Assembly: GCA_963813815.1 (NCBI GenBank)
Contig: CAWFAD010000008.1
Coordinates: 160,001-224,000 of the forward strand
Direction of reading: 5' to 3'
Length of the DNA: 64,000 nucleotides
Source of the DNA: an uncultured bacterium
Lineage (GTDB): Bacteria > Krumholzibacteriota > Krumholzibacteriia > Krumholzibacteriales > Krumholzibacteriaceae
Shown: positions 7,753 to 17,559 of the stretch, one piece after another
Layout: every line of letters starts with the position of its first letter
Position numbering within the stretch: position 1 is the stretch's first letter
Notes under the pieces: model-generated
Databases searched by the model: none
The model's input: only the letters and a program-made list of their open reading frames with translations
What the model was told of the DNA's origin: nothing
Made by a program: the position numbers and the translations under genes

Positions 7753-9933
7753 ATGATGCGCCTGCCGGTTCTTTTCGCCGCGCTGCTCCTCGCCCTTTCC
7801 GCTCCGGCCTCGCCGGCGCCGGGAACCCGTCCCCGCGTCGGCCTCGCCCTCGGAGGAGGCGGCGCGCGCGGGCTCGCCCACATCGGCGTGCTCAAGGTGA
7901 TCGAGGAGGCGGGGCTCCCCGTGGACGTCGTGACGGGCACGAGCATGGGAAGCATCGTCGGCGGCCTCTACGCGATCGGCTACACGCCGGCCGAGATCGA
8001 GCGGATCGTGCTCGAGGCCGATTGGCCGGAGCTCTTCAGGGACCGGCTCGCGCGCAATGAGCTTCCCATGAAAAATCGGAAGCGCGACGACCGTTACCTC
8101 GTCTCCTTCCCCGTCTCGAAGAGGCGCGTGCGCCTTCCCTCGGGCCTCATCGGCGGGCAGAGGATTTACGATCTTTTCGTGCGGCTCGCCTGGCCCGTTC
8201 TCGAGACGGACGATTTCCGCCTGTTTCCGAGATCCTTCGCCTGCCTGGCGACCGACATCGAAACGGGGGACGCGGTCGTTTTCGATCGCGGCTACCTGCC
8301 CGACGCGATGCGGGCGAGCATGGCGATACCGTCCGTCTTTACGCCGGTGCGCATCGGCGGGAGGCTCCTCGTCGACGGCGGTCTCGCGCGCAACCTCCCC
8401 GCCGCGGACGCCCGGGCGCTCGGCGCGGACATCGTCATCGGCGTCGACGTGAGCAGCGATCTCGCCGGCGCCGACGAGCTCGAATCGTTCATCGACATCC
8501 TCAACCAGACGCTCGACATCGCGCTCAAAACCAACAACGCCGATCAGGCGGCGCTCTGCACGATCTTCCTCGCCCCCCGGCTCGACGAGTTCCGGAGCAT
8601 CGACTACGATCGCGCCCGCGAGATAATCCGGGCCGGGGAGACCTCCGCGCGCGAGCGTCTCGACGATCTGCGCGCGATCGCGGATTCGCTCGACGGCCTC
8701 CCGCCGGAGGGGCCCTCCCCCGGCCCCGTCGAGCGCGGCCCCGTGCGCGTGGACGAGATCGAGGTGCGCGGACTCCGGGACGTCGCGGAGCGCTTCGTTC
8801 TCGCCGAGCTCGGCATGCGGCCGCCGCAAACGGTCACGGCCGACGGGCTCGAGACGGCCATGCGGCGGCTTTTCAGCAGCGGCTACTTCACCGGCATCAG
8901 GTACCGCTTCGAGCAGATCCCCGCGGGACGCCGGCTCGTCGTCATCGTCGAGGAAGAGAGTGGCGTGACGCTCAACGCCGGCCTGCGGTACGACTCGCAC
9001 TGGCAGGCGTCGCTCCTCCTCAACGCGACCGTCCGAAATCTCCTCGAGCACGGCTCGCAGTTCGATTTCGATCTCCTCTTCGGCGAACGAAGCCGTCTCG
9101 CCGCGGCGTACGCCCTCCATACGGGCATCCGGCGCAGCGCGGGGGTTCGCGTCGAGGCCGACTGGCTCGACGACGCCGTCGACGAGTACCGCGACGCCTC
9201 GCTGGTGAGCCGCGCGGAGGTGTCGAGCGTGCGGGCCGGGATGCTCGTCGAAACCCTTTTTTCCCGCGTCCTCTACTCGGCGGCCGGGCTCAACGTCGAA
9301 TGGTACGATATCCGGCCCGAGATCGCGCCCGAGACGGCGGTCGCCGAATCGGGCCGTCTCGCGTTCTTCTCCGGCGACCTGTGGTTCGACACGCTCGACC
9401 GATCGTCATTCGCGCGCCGCGGCGTGTCGTTCCGGCTCCGCGGCGAAAAGGCGCTCGCCTCCCTCGGAAGCGACGCGTCGTTCGAGCGGGGATACGCCGC
9501 GGCCCGCGTCGCCGTGCCCGTTCACCGGCTCGTCACGGCGCGCGCCGACGTCTTTTTCGGCCTCGCCGGGGGCGAGAGCATCCCCCCGCACTACCGCTTC
9601 TTCGTCGGCGGGATCAACTCGTGCGTCGTGCTGCAGGGAGATCGGACGTCGGCCTTCTACGGCTACCGCCACCAGGAGCTCGCTGGGGAGAACGCTTTCA
9701 TGGCCGCCGTCGACGTCCAGATCGAACCGTACTCCGGCTGGTACGTGACGCTGCGCGGAAACGCCGGAAACGCCGCCGACGACCGGAGCGACCTCTTCGG
9801 CGGATCCCTCGTTCGATCGGGCGGCGCTCTGCGCCTCGGGGCCGATACGCCCGCGGGGCCCGTCGAGATTTCCCTCACGTACGGCGAGACGGCGGATTTC
9901 GGCGTGTTCTTCGACGCGGGATTCGCCTTCTAG
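7753..9933 (+). CDS. Patatin-like phospholipase with POTRA domain and Omp85-type beta-barrel (PlpD/type Vd-like)
   Basis: Signal peptide. Patatin motifs GGGGARG, GTSMG and DGG. POTRA-like segment and a barrel region ending in GFAF. Confidence 0.88.
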   Translation: MMRLPVLFAALLLALSAPASPAPGTRPRVGLALGGGGARGLAHIGVLKVIEEAGLPVDVVTGTSMGSIVGGLYAIGYTPAEIERIVLEADWPELFRDRLARNELPMKNRKRDDRYLVSFPVSKRRVRLPSGLIGGQRIYDLFVRLAWPVLETDDFRLFPRSFACLATDIETGDAVVFDRGYLPDAMRASMAIPSVFTPVRIGGRLLVDGGLARNLPAADARALGADIVIGVDVSSDLAGADELESFIDILNQTLDIALKTNNADQAALCTIFLAPRLDEFRSIDYDRAREIIRAGETSARERLDDLRAIADSLDGLPPEGPSPGPVERGPVRVDEIEVRGLRDVAERFVLAELGMRPPQTVTADGLETAMRRLFSSGYFTGIRYRFEQIPAGRRLVVIVEEESGVTLNAGLRYDSHWQASLLLNATVRNLLEHGSQFDFDLLFGERSRLAAAYALHTGIRRSAGVRVEADWLDDAVDEYRDASLVSRAEVSSVRAGMLVETLFSRVLYSAAGLNVEWYDIRPEIAPETAVAESGRLAFFSGDLWFDTLDRSSFARRGVSFRLRGEKALASLGSDASFERGYAAARVAVPVHRLVTARADVFFGLAGGESIPPHYRFFVGGINSCVVLQGDRTSAFYGYRHQELAGENAFMAAVDVQIEPYSGWYVTLRGNAGNAADDRSDLFGGSLVRSGGALRLGADTPAGPVEISLTYGETADFGVFFDAGFAF

Positions 9934-9986
9934 GCGCGGGGGCTTTTTGCGGCGACAGAGGCCGCGACCCCTGCTATGATCGCCTC

Positions 9987-11063
9987 ATGAGCATCTCCTA
10001 TCCGCCGGCCCTGAGCCTCGCCCGCCTTCCGACGCCGGTCGAGCGTCTGCGGCGGCCGCCCGAATACCCGCGTCTTCCGAACGTGTTCGTCAAGCGCGAC
10101 GACCTCACCGGCTCCGTTCTCTCGGGGAACAAAGTCCGCAAGCTCGAGTTCTGTCTGGCGGAGGCCGCGGCGGCCGGCGCCGACACCGTGATCACCTGCG
10201 GGGGCGTTCAGTCCAACCACGCGCGGGCGACCGCGGTCGCGGCGGCGAGACTCGGCCTGCGGCCGGTCCTCGTGCTGCGGGGACCGGAGCCCGCGGAGAA
10301 CGACGGCAATCTGCTGCTCGACCGGCTCGCCGGGGCGGACGTCAGGTTCATCGGGGAGGCCGAGTGGCCGTACGTGGGCGAGATCATGAAATCGATCGCC
10401 GGCGAGCTCGCCGCGGCCGGGCGCGTCGCGCACACGATCCCCGAGGGGGCCTCCTATCCTCCCGGCGTGTTCGGATACATCAGGGCGGCGGAGGAGATCG
10501 CCGCCTCGGAGCGGGAGCTCGGCGCCGCGTTCGACGCGATCGTCTTCGCCGTCGGCAGCGGCGGAACGTACGCCGGGCTCGCGTACGGAGCGCGCATCTT
10601 CGGCCTCGGGGCCCGCGTCGTCGGGGTCAACGTGCTCGACACGCCGGAGCGTTTCGCCGACCGCATCCATGCGATCTCCGAGGATTTCATCAGGACGTAC
10701 GAGGACCGCTACCGGGGGGAGCGGTGGTTCCGGCCGATCGCCCCGGACGAGATCGAGATCGCGGGCGGGTACGAGGGGCCCGCGTACGCCGTGCCGAGCG
10801 CCGAGGGGCTCTCTCTCATCCGGGCGTTCGCCCGCTCCGCCGGGCTCTTCCTCGACCCGGCCTACACCGGCAAGGCGATGCTCGGCCTCGCCGGCGAATC
10901 GGACCGGGGACGGTGGAAGAGCTCGGACAACGTTCTCTTCATTCACACGGGCGGGATCTTCTCCCTCTTTCCGTGGCGCCGCGAGCTCGCGCCCGGCCCC
11001 GGCGACTCGGCGGAAAACGCGGTCCCGGCGCCGGCCGCGGCCCCGCCGGCCCAATCCCCTTGA
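9987..11063 (+). CDS. D-cysteine desulfhydrase / ACC deaminase family PLP enzyme
   Basis: Motifs VKRDDLTG..SGNKVRKLE, GGVQSNH, GSGGT and LDPAYTGK. Start placed at the ATG at 9987. Confidence 0.9.
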   Translation: MSISYPPALSLARLPTPVERLRRPPEYPRLPNVFVKRDDLTGSVLSGNKVRKLEFCLAEAAAAGADTVITCGGVQSNHARATAVAAARLGLRPVLVLRGPEPAENDGNLLLDRLAGADVRFIGEAEWPYVGEIMKSIAGELAAAGRVAHTIPEGASYPPGVFGYIRAAEEIAASERELGAAFDAIVFAVGSGGTYAGLAYGARIFGLGARVVGVNVLDTPERFADRIHAISEDFIRTYEDRYRGERWFRPIAPDEIEIAGGYEGPAYAVPSAEGLSLIRAFARSAGLFLDPAYTGKAMLGLAGESDRGRWKSSDNVLFIHTGGIFSLFPWRRELAPGPGDSAENAVPAPAAAPPAQSP

Positions 11064-11088
11064 CACCCCCCCTGCGGCGGCATACTGT
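11060..11088 (+). promoter_or_regulatory. sigma70-type promoter for dapA-dapB
   Basis: TTGACA (11060-11065), 17 nt, TACTGT (11083-11088). Confidence 0.6.
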
Positions 11089-11178
11089 ACCATCCGGCGC
11101 TGCCGCGACGCGGCCGCCGTTCACGACGAGCAACGATCATTTCCGCGGCGGGCCGCGGAAGAAGGAGGATGGAAGATC

Positions 11179-12069
11179 ATGACGATGCAGGGGCTCTACG
11201 TGGCGCTCGTCACGCCATTCGACGAGAAAACGGGCGCCTTGAACGAGGCGAAGCTCCGCGAGCTCGTGAAGTTCCACGTCGACGCGGGAACGGACGGCAT
11301 CGTCCCGTGCGCGACGACGAGCGAGAATCCGACCTACACCTGGGACGAGCACTTCCGGATCATCGATATCGCCGTCAAGGCGGCGGCCGGCAAGATCAAA
11401 GTCGTCCCCGGCTGCGGCACGAACGCGACCGCGAAATCCCTCGAGAACGTCAAGAAGGCGCGCGAGCTCGGCGCCGACGGCGCGATGGTCGTGACCCCCT
11501 ACTACAACAAGCCGACGCAGGAAGGCCTCTACGCGCACTTCATGAAGCTCGCCGACGAGGGCGGGCTGCCGCTCATGCTCTACAACGTGCCGGGACGCAC
11601 CGGCCTCAACATGCTCCCGAAGACGGTCCAGCGCCTCTCGAAACACGAGCGCATCGTCGCGATCAAGGAGGCGAGCGGCTCGCTCGAGCAGATGTGCGAG
11701 ATCGTGCAGCTCTGCGGCGACGGCATCACGCTCCTCTCGGGCGACGACGGCATCACGCTCCCTATTCTCTCGATCGGCGGCAAGGGCGTCGTGAGCGTCG
11801 TCGGCAACATCGTGCCGAAGGACATGCTTGCGATGATCGCGGCCTTCGAGAAGGGGGATCTCGCGAAAGCGCGCGCCCTCCACTACCAGCTCTTCCCGCT
11901 CTGCAAGGCGATGTTCCTCGAGACGAACCCGACTCCGGTGAAGGAAGCGATGAACATGCTCGGCATGGGCGTCGGAGACGTGCGGCTCCCGCTCGTCGGT
12001 CTCCAACCGGAGAACCGCGAGAAGCTCCGCAAGGCGCTCGCGGACTACGGGCTCAAACTCGCGAAGTAA
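11179..12069 (+). CDS. dapA: 4-hydroxy-tetrahydrodipicolinate synthase
   Basis: Motifs ALVTPF, ATTSE, VTPYYNKPTQEG, LYNVPGRT, IKEASG and ETNP. AAGGAGG SD upstream. Confidence 0.95.
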   Translation: MTMQGLYVALVTPFDEKTGALNEAKLRELVKFHVDAGTDGIVPCATTSENPTYTWDEHFRIIDIAVKAAAGKIKVVPGCGTNATAKSLENVKKARELGADGAMVVTPYYNKPTQEGLYAHFMKLADEGGLPLMLYNVPGRTGLNMLPKTVQRLSKHERIVAIKEASGSLEQMCEIVQLCGDGITLLSGDDGITLPILSIGGKGVVSVVGNIVPKDMLAMIAAFEKGDLAKARALHYQLFPLCKAMFLETNPTPVKEAMNMLGMGVGDVRLPLVGLQPENREKLRKALADYGLKLAK

Positions 12070-12080
12070 GGCGGTCGATC

Positions 12081-12848
12081 ATGATCAGAGTCGTCGTATG
12101 CGGCGCCCTCGGCAAGATGGGACGCACCGTCGCCGACGAGATCGCGGGGACCGCTGATCTCGCGCTCGCCGGCGCGATCGAGGCGCCGGGTCATTCGGGG
12201 CTCGGCACGAAGCTCGGCGCCGTCGAGGTGACGGCCGACCTCGCGCGCGCCCTCATCTCCGCCGACGTCGTCGTCGACTTCACGAACCCCGCCGCAACGC
12301 TCGCGCACGTCGAGGTGGCGGCCGCGGCGGGAAAACCGATGATCGTCGGCACGACCGGGCTTTCGGCGGACGAGATCGCCGCCGCGAAGCGGGCGGGCGG
12401 CCGGATACCCCTCGTCATCAGCCCGAACATGTCGGCGGGGGTCAACCTGCTCTTCAAGGTCGTCGAGGACGTGGCGCGCGCGCTTCCCGACTTCGACGCC
12501 GAGATCGTCGAGATGCACCACAACAAGAAGAAGGACAGCCCGAGCGGAACGGCGGCGAAGCTCGCGGACGCCGTCGCGAAGGCGCGGCCGGGATCGAACG
12601 TCATTTACGGCCGCGAGGGAATGATCGGGGCGCGCCCGGCGGCCGAGATCGCCGTGCACGCGCTCCGCGGCGGGGACGTCGTCGGCGAGCACACGATCGT
12701 CTTCGCCGGCGAGGGCGAGCGCTTCGAGCTCACGCACCGCGCGCATTCGCGACGGACCTTCGCGCGCGGGACACTCCGGGCGATCCGCTTCGTTCACGGG
12801 AAAAAGCCCGGTCTCTACACGATGGCCGACGTGCTCGGCCTGAAGTGA
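12081..12848 (+). CDS. dapB: 4-hydroxy-tetrahydrodipicolinate reductase
   Basis: Motifs GALGKMG, VDFT, GTTG, EMHHNKKKDSPSGTA and RGGDVVGEH. Confidence 0.96.
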   Translation: MIRVVVCGALGKMGRTVADEIAGTADLALAGAIEAPGHSGLGTKLGAVEVTADLARALISADVVVDFTNPAATLAHVEVAAAAGKPMIVGTTGLSADEIAAAKRAGGRIPLVISPNMSAGVNLLFKVVEDVARALPDFDAEIVEMHHNKKKDSPSGTAAKLADAVAKARPGSNVIYGREGMIGARPAAEIAVHALRGGDVVGEHTIVFAGEGERFELTHRAHSRRTFARGTLRAIRFVHGKKPGLYTMADVLGLK

Positions 12849-12860
12849 CCCGCCCGCGTC

Positions 12861-14276
12861 TCAGTAGAGGTTGAAGCACACGACGCGCGGCTCGGTCATC
12901 TCCTGAAGCGCGAACTTGATCCCCTCGCGTCCGAGGCCGCTCCGCTTCACGCCGCCGAACGGCATCATATCGATCCGGTAATCGGACGAATCGTTCACGA
13001 CGACCCCGCCGACCTCGAGCTCGCGTATCGCCTTGAACGCCTTGTTGACGTCCCGCGTGAAGATGCCCGCGTGGAGGCCGAAGTCGACGGCGTTCGCGCG
13101 CTCGATCGCCTCGTCGAGATCCTTCACCGGGTAGAGGTTCACCGTCGGCGCGAACACCTCGTCCACGTCGACCCGCGCGCCCGGCGGCACGTCCGCGAGC
13201 ACCGTCGGCTCGTAGATCGCGCCCCGCCGCTTGCCGCCCGTGAGCACCTTCGCCCCGGCCTTCACGGCCTCCTCGACCCAGCGCTCGATCCGCTTCGCCT
13301 CGCCCTCGTTGATCATGGGACCCATGTCGCAGTCTTCCTCGAGCTTCGGGCCGACCTTGTAGGAGCGCGTGCGCGCGACGAAGAGCGTCTCGAACCGCTT
13401 GTAGATCGACTGCTCTATGTAAATGCGCTGGACGCCGATGCAGTTCTGCCCGGCGGCCCAGAAGGCGCCCGAGACGCAGTCGTCCACGGCGCGCTTGAGA
13501 TCGCAGTCTTCGAGCACGATGACGGGGGTGTTCGATCCGAGCTCCATGCCGATCTTCTTGAGCCCCGCCTTCTTCACGATCTCCTCCCCCGCCTCGGCGC
13601 CCCCGGTGAAGCTCACCATGCGCACGCGCGGGTCGGTGACGAGCGCGTCGCCCGTTTTCGCCGCGTAGCCGGTGACGACGTTCAGGATGCCCGGCGGCAG
13701 CCCCGCCTCGTCGAAGGCCCGGGCGAGCATGAGCGCCGAGAGCGGCGTCACGGTCGCCGGTTTCACGACGACGGCGTTCCCCGCGGCGACGGCCGGACCG
13801 ACCTTGTGCGCGACGAGGTTCAGCGGATCGTTGAAGGGCGTGATCGCCGCCACGATCCCGATCGGAAACCGGAAGTAGTACCCCACGCGGTTCTCGGATC
13901 CCGGTCGCGAATCGAAGGGAATCGTCTCGCCCTGGAGGCGGCGCGCCTCCTCGGCGGAGATGCGGACGGTGTCGACGCAGCGGGAGGCCTCCTTGCGCGC
14001 CTCGCGGATCGTCTTCGATCCCTCGCGCGCGATCACGCGAGCGTACTCCTCCTGACGCGATTCGATGTAGGAGGCGGCCGCGTTGAGGATCCGGATGCGC
14101 TCGTGAACGGGAAGGTTCCGGTTCGTCCGGTAACCCTGCTCCGCCGCGGCGATGGCGGCCTTGACGTCCTCCGCCCCGCCGCTCGGAACGGTGTCGACGA
14201 GCGAGTCATCGTACGGGTCCCTGACCTCGATCGTCTCTTTCTTGTCGATCCACTTTCCGCCGATGAACATCTTCAT
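12861..14276 (-). CDS. NAD(P)-dependent aldehyde dehydrogenase (lactaldehyde dehydrogenase/GapN-like subfamily)
   Basis: Motifs ITPFNDP, FTGG, ELGSN, GQNC (catalytic Cys), EVFAP and PFGGVKRSGLGREG. Confidence 0.92.
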   Translation of the reverse strand: MKMFIGGKWIDKKETIEVRDPYDDSLVDTVPSGGAEDVKAAIAAAEQGYRTNRNLPVHERIRILNAAASYIESRQEEYARVIAREGSKTIREARKEASRCVDTVRISAEEARRLQGETIPFDSRPGSENRVGYYFRFPIGIVAAITPFNDPLNLVAHKVGPAVAAGNAVVVKPATVTPLSALMLARAFDEAGLPPGILNVVTGYAAKTGDALVTDPRVRMVSFTGGAEAGEEIVKKAGLKKIGMELGSNTPVIVLEDCDLKRAVDDCVSGAFWAAGQNCIGVQRIYIEQSIYKRFETLFVARTRSYKVGPKLEEDCDMGPMINEGEAKRIERWVEEAVKAGAKVLTGGKRRGAIYEPTVLADVPPGARVDVDEVFAPTVNLYPVKDLDEAIERANAVDFGLHAGIFTRDVNKAFKAIRELEVGGVVVNDSSDYRIDMMPFGGVKRSGLGREGIKFALQEMTEPRVVCFNLY

Positions 14277-14313
14277 ACGGGATCCTGCCTTCTTCGGTGC
14301 CCGGTCTCCGGGG

Positions 14314-15480
14314 CTAGCGCTTGCGCGCGGTCTTTTTCGCTTTTTTCGGAGCCTTCCTCGCGGCCTTCTTCGCCGGCTTCTTCGAGGTCTTCTTCGGAGT
14401 CTTCTTCGTCGCCCTCGCGGCGGGCTTTTTCGCCGCGGCCGGCCCGCGCCTTCCGGCCGGGCCGAACTTGTGAATGGCGAGCAGATCGACGAGCACCGAG
14501 TAGCCGGTCTCGATCCTGCCCGCGCCCGCGCCGACGATCGTCACGTTCCCCATGAGATCGGTGCGGAAGGTCGCGGCGTTCGTCGCGCCCATGACCCCGG
14601 CGAGCGGATCGGCGAGCGGAAGCTTTTCCGGCCGCACGGAGGCCCGAACCGACGCCCCGTCCCGCGCGACGCGGCCGATGAGCTTCCAGCGTTTTCCCTC
14701 GGCCTTCGCCGCGTTGACGTCGTCGATCGTGATCCTCGTGATTCCGACCCGATCGACGTCGGCGACGTTGATGTCGGCGCCCATGACGGCCTTGGCGAGA
14801 ATGATGACCTTGGCCATCGCGTCGTACCCCTCGACGTCCGCGTCGGGCACGGCCTCCGCGAAACCGAGATCCTGCGCTTCCTTGAGCGCCTCGGCGTAGC
14901 TCTTGCCCGTCTCCATGTTGGAGAGGATGAAGTTCGTCGTTCCGTTCAGGATCCCGCGGATCTCGCGGATCTCGTTCCCGGCGAGGCAAAACTCGTTGAG
15001 ATTGAGGACCGGCGTCCCGCTCATCACGCTTCCCTCGTAGCGGAACCGCACGCCCTTCGCGCGTGCGAGGGCGGAGAGCTCCTTGAAGAAGAGCGCGGTG
15101 GGGCCCTTGTTCGTCGTCACGAGGTGCTTGCCCGACTCGAGCGCCGCCTTGAAGTGGGAGTAGGCGGGCTCGCCCGTCTTGATGTTCGTGTAGGAGGCCT
15201 CGACGACGACGTCGGCGTTCGACTTCTTGATCGTCTCGAGCGCGTTCCAGCCGGTCGCCGCGCCGGGATAGGCCGCGATCCGGCCGTCCTTCGCGAGCGC
15301 GAGGAGCCTCGCGAGATCGAGGCCCTTCGGATCGTACACCGAGCCCTTGTTGACGTCGCTCACGGCGACGACCGAGCATTCGAACCCGTGCTCGCGCGCG
15401 AGACGCTCGCGCTGCTTCAGCAGTATCTCGGCGAACCCCTGCCCCACGACCCCGAACCCGATGATTGCGATGCGGTACAT
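14314..15480 (-). CDS. hom: Homoserine dehydrogenase without an ACT domain, carrying a Lys/Ala-rich C-terminal tail
   Basis: Motifs GFGVVG, VTTNKGP, YEGSVMSGTP, GILNGTTN and DVEGYDAMAK. A basic tail of about 49 aa follows. Confidence 0.92.
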   Translation of the reverse strand: MYRIAIIGFGVVGQGFAEILLKQRERLAREHGFECSVVAVSDVNKGSVYDPKGLDLARLLALAKDGRIAAYPGAATGWNALETIKKSNADVVVEASYTNIKTGEPAYSHFKAALESGKHLVTTNKGPTALFFKELSALARAKGVRFRYEGSVMSGTPVLNLNEFCLAGNEIREIRGILNGTTNFILSNMETGKSYAEALKEAQDLGFAEAVPDADVEGYDAMAKVIILAKAVMGADINVADVDRVGITRITIDDVNAAKAEGKRWKLIGRVARDGASVRASVRPEKLPLADPLAGVMGATNAATFRTDLMGNVTIVGAGAGRIETGYSVLVDLLAIHKFGPAGRRGPAAAKKPAARATKKTPKKTSKKPAKKAARKAPKKAKKTARKR

Positions 15481-15526
15481 GGCCGCCTCCTTCGTGCCGC
15501 GCCGCCGCGGCGCTTCAGGTGAGTTC

Positions 15527-16717
15527 CTACGCGCGCTCGAGCGCGTTGTCGAGATCCTCGATGAGATCCTGCGCGTCCTCGATTCCCGCGGAGTACCGGA
15601 TGAGGTTGTCGGGCACCCCCGCCTTCGCCCGCTCCTCCGGGCCGAGCTGCCAGTGCGTCGTCGCCGCGGGTTGGATCGCCACCGTCTGCGACGAGCCGAG
15701 ATGCGTCGTATGCACGGCGATCTTGAGGTTGTCGATCACGCGACGCGCCGCCTCGAGCCCGCCCTTCACCCGGAACCCCAGGAGCGATGAAAAGCCGCTC
15801 ATGTTGCGTTTGGCGGCCTCGTGCTGGGGATGGCTCGGAAGGCCGGGGTAGAACACGGATTCGATCTTGGGGTGCTTTTCGAGAAACTTCGCGACCGCCA
15901 TCGCGTTGTCGCTGTGCTTGCGCATGCGGAGCGAGAGGCTCTCGAGCCCGAGGAGGCACAGCCAGCTGTTGAAGGGGGACGCCGTCGGCCCGATGTTGCG
16001 GAATCCGACGTGCCGCACGTGATTCACGAACTCGCTCTTCCCGACGACGACGCCGCTGAGGCTCGTGCCGTTGCCGCTGATGTATTTCGTCGCGGAGTGG
16101 ATGACGATGTCGGCTCCGAGCTCGATCGGCCGCATGAGCGCCGGCGTGCAGATCGTGTTGTCCACCATGAGCGGGATGCCGTGCTTCTTGGCGAGCTTCG
16201 CGAGCGGCGGGAGGTCGGCGACGAAGAGGTTCGGGTTGCTCGGGCTCTCGACGTGGAGGAGCTTCGTCTTTGGCGTGATGAGCTTTTCCCACTCTTCGAT
16301 CTTGTCGGGCTGCTCGACCCACTTCACCGAGATCCCCATCCGCGGGCACGAGACGGCGAAGAGCTGCTGCGTGCCGCCGTAGACGCGGATCGACGAGACG
16401 ATCTCCTGACCGGCCTCGACGAGGTGGTGCAGCACCATGAAGATCGCGGCCATCCCTGAAGAGGTCGCGAGTCCGGCCTCGCCTCCCTCGAGCATCGCCA
16501 TGCGCTTCTCGAAGATGTCGTTCGTGGGGTTGTTGATGCGGCCGTACGCGAACCCCTCGATCTTGTAGCTGTAGAGATCGGCGGCCCATTGCGCCGATTC
16601 GTACGGGAACACGGCGGCCTGAATGAGCGGCGGCGCCATCGTGTGGTAGCGGAGCTGCTCCTCCCACGGGAAGCCCCCCTTCACCGCCATCGTGTCGAAC
16701 CGGTGTTTCTCTTCCAT
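15527..16717 (-). CDS. Cys/Met-metabolism PLP-dependent gamma-family enzyme (trans-sulfuration/gamma-lyase; substrate uncertain)
   Basis: Motifs YGRINNPT, SSGMAA, VYGGT, ESPSNP, DNT, HSATKY (PLP Lys) and YPGLPSHP. Confidence 0.88.
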   Translation of the reverse strand: MEEKHRFDTMAVKGGFPWEEQLRYHTMAPPLIQAAVFPYESAQWAADLYSYKIEGFAYGRINNPTNDIFEKRMAMLEGGEAGLATSSGMAAIFMVLHHLVEAGQEIVSSIRVYGGTQQLFAVSCPRMGISVKWVEQPDKIEEWEKLITPKTKLLHVESPSNPNLFVADLPPLAKLAKKHGIPLMVDNTICTPALMRPIELGADIVIHSATKYISGNGTSLSGVVVGKSEFVNHVRHVGFRNIGPTASPFNSWLCLLGLESLSLRMRKHSDNAMAVAKFLEKHPKIESVFYPGLPSHPQHEAAKRNMSGFSSLLGFRVKGGLEAARRVIDNLKIAVHTTHLGSSQTVAIQPAATTHWQLGPEERAKAGVPDNLIRYSAGIEDAQDLIEDLDNALERA

Positions 16718-16753
16718 GTGGTCCTCCTTCCGGGAATCTTCCCGCGTTCGGTT

Positions 16754-17308
16754 CTATTTCCGTCGTGCGCGGCGCCTCGCCGGAGCGGCCTTTCCGCCGT
16801 TCGGCCCCTTCGCCTTTCCGTTCACCGGCACGCCTCCGAGCGGAATCGCCGTTTCGCGCTTCAGCGTCGACAGGACGAACATCGTTTTCACCTTGTCGAT
16901 CCCTTTCGTCCGTGTGAGGCTCGTGAGCAGGAACCGCTCGTAATCCTCGATGTCGCGCGTATAGACCTTGAGGAGGTAATCCTCGCCCCCCGCGACGTGG
17001 TAACACTCGAGCACCTTCTCGCTCTCCCGGACGAAACGGTGGAAGTTCTCGATGGAGTCGGCGTGGTGCAGGTTGAGCGAGACGGCCACGAACGCGACCG
17101 TTCCGAGCCCGAGCTTGCGGCTGTCGAGAAGGGTGACGTACCGGTCGATGATGCCGCGCTCCTCGAGCTTCCGCACGCGCTCGAGGACGGCCGAGGGGCT
17201 GAGACCCACCTCGGCGGCGAGCTGCACGTTCGGAATGCGCCCCTGCGTCTGCAGGATCTCGAGGATCCTCTTGTCGACGGGATGGATCGTTCCGTTTTCC
17301 GCGGCCAC
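16754..17308 (-). CDS. Lrp/AsnC family transcriptional regulator
   Basis: DKRILEILQ..GRIPN..LA..VGLS....ERVRKLEE HTH and an ECYHVAGGEDYLLK RAM domain. GTG start at 17308 follows GGAG, with TATAAT upstream. Confidence 0.92.
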   Translation of the reverse strand: MAAENGTIHPVDKRILEILQTQGRIPNVQLAAEVGLSPSAVLERVRKLEERGIIDRYVTLLDSRKLGLGTVAFVAVSLNLHHADSIENFHRFVRESEKVLECYHVAGGEDYLLKVYTRDIEDYERFLLTSLTRTKGIDKVKTMFVLSTLKRETAIPLGGVPVNGKAKGPNGGKAAPARRRARRK

Positions 17309-17559
17309 GGACGCTCCAATCAGAATAATATTATACCGGATGTTTGCGTACCTGCAGATTGTCCTGCATTTGGCGGAAAATGTCAACTAATATGTTGAAT
17401 ATCTAGGCCGCAACAAACAATAGTTCTGAATATGTGCGCCCGGCCGAGGCCCGGCGAAGCCTTCGACGGCCTTGACGCGGGGGAGATTTTCCCTTAGAAT
17501 AGACCCGCAGCGGCGAATCTCATTTCATACATCCCAAAAGCGGAGGCCGGCGTGCGGAC

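Noticed and set aside
11089..11178. Possible lysine riboswitch in the dapA leader
   Set aside because: The predicted leader is only about 85 nt, too short for the lysine aptamer, and I see none of its conserved motifs.
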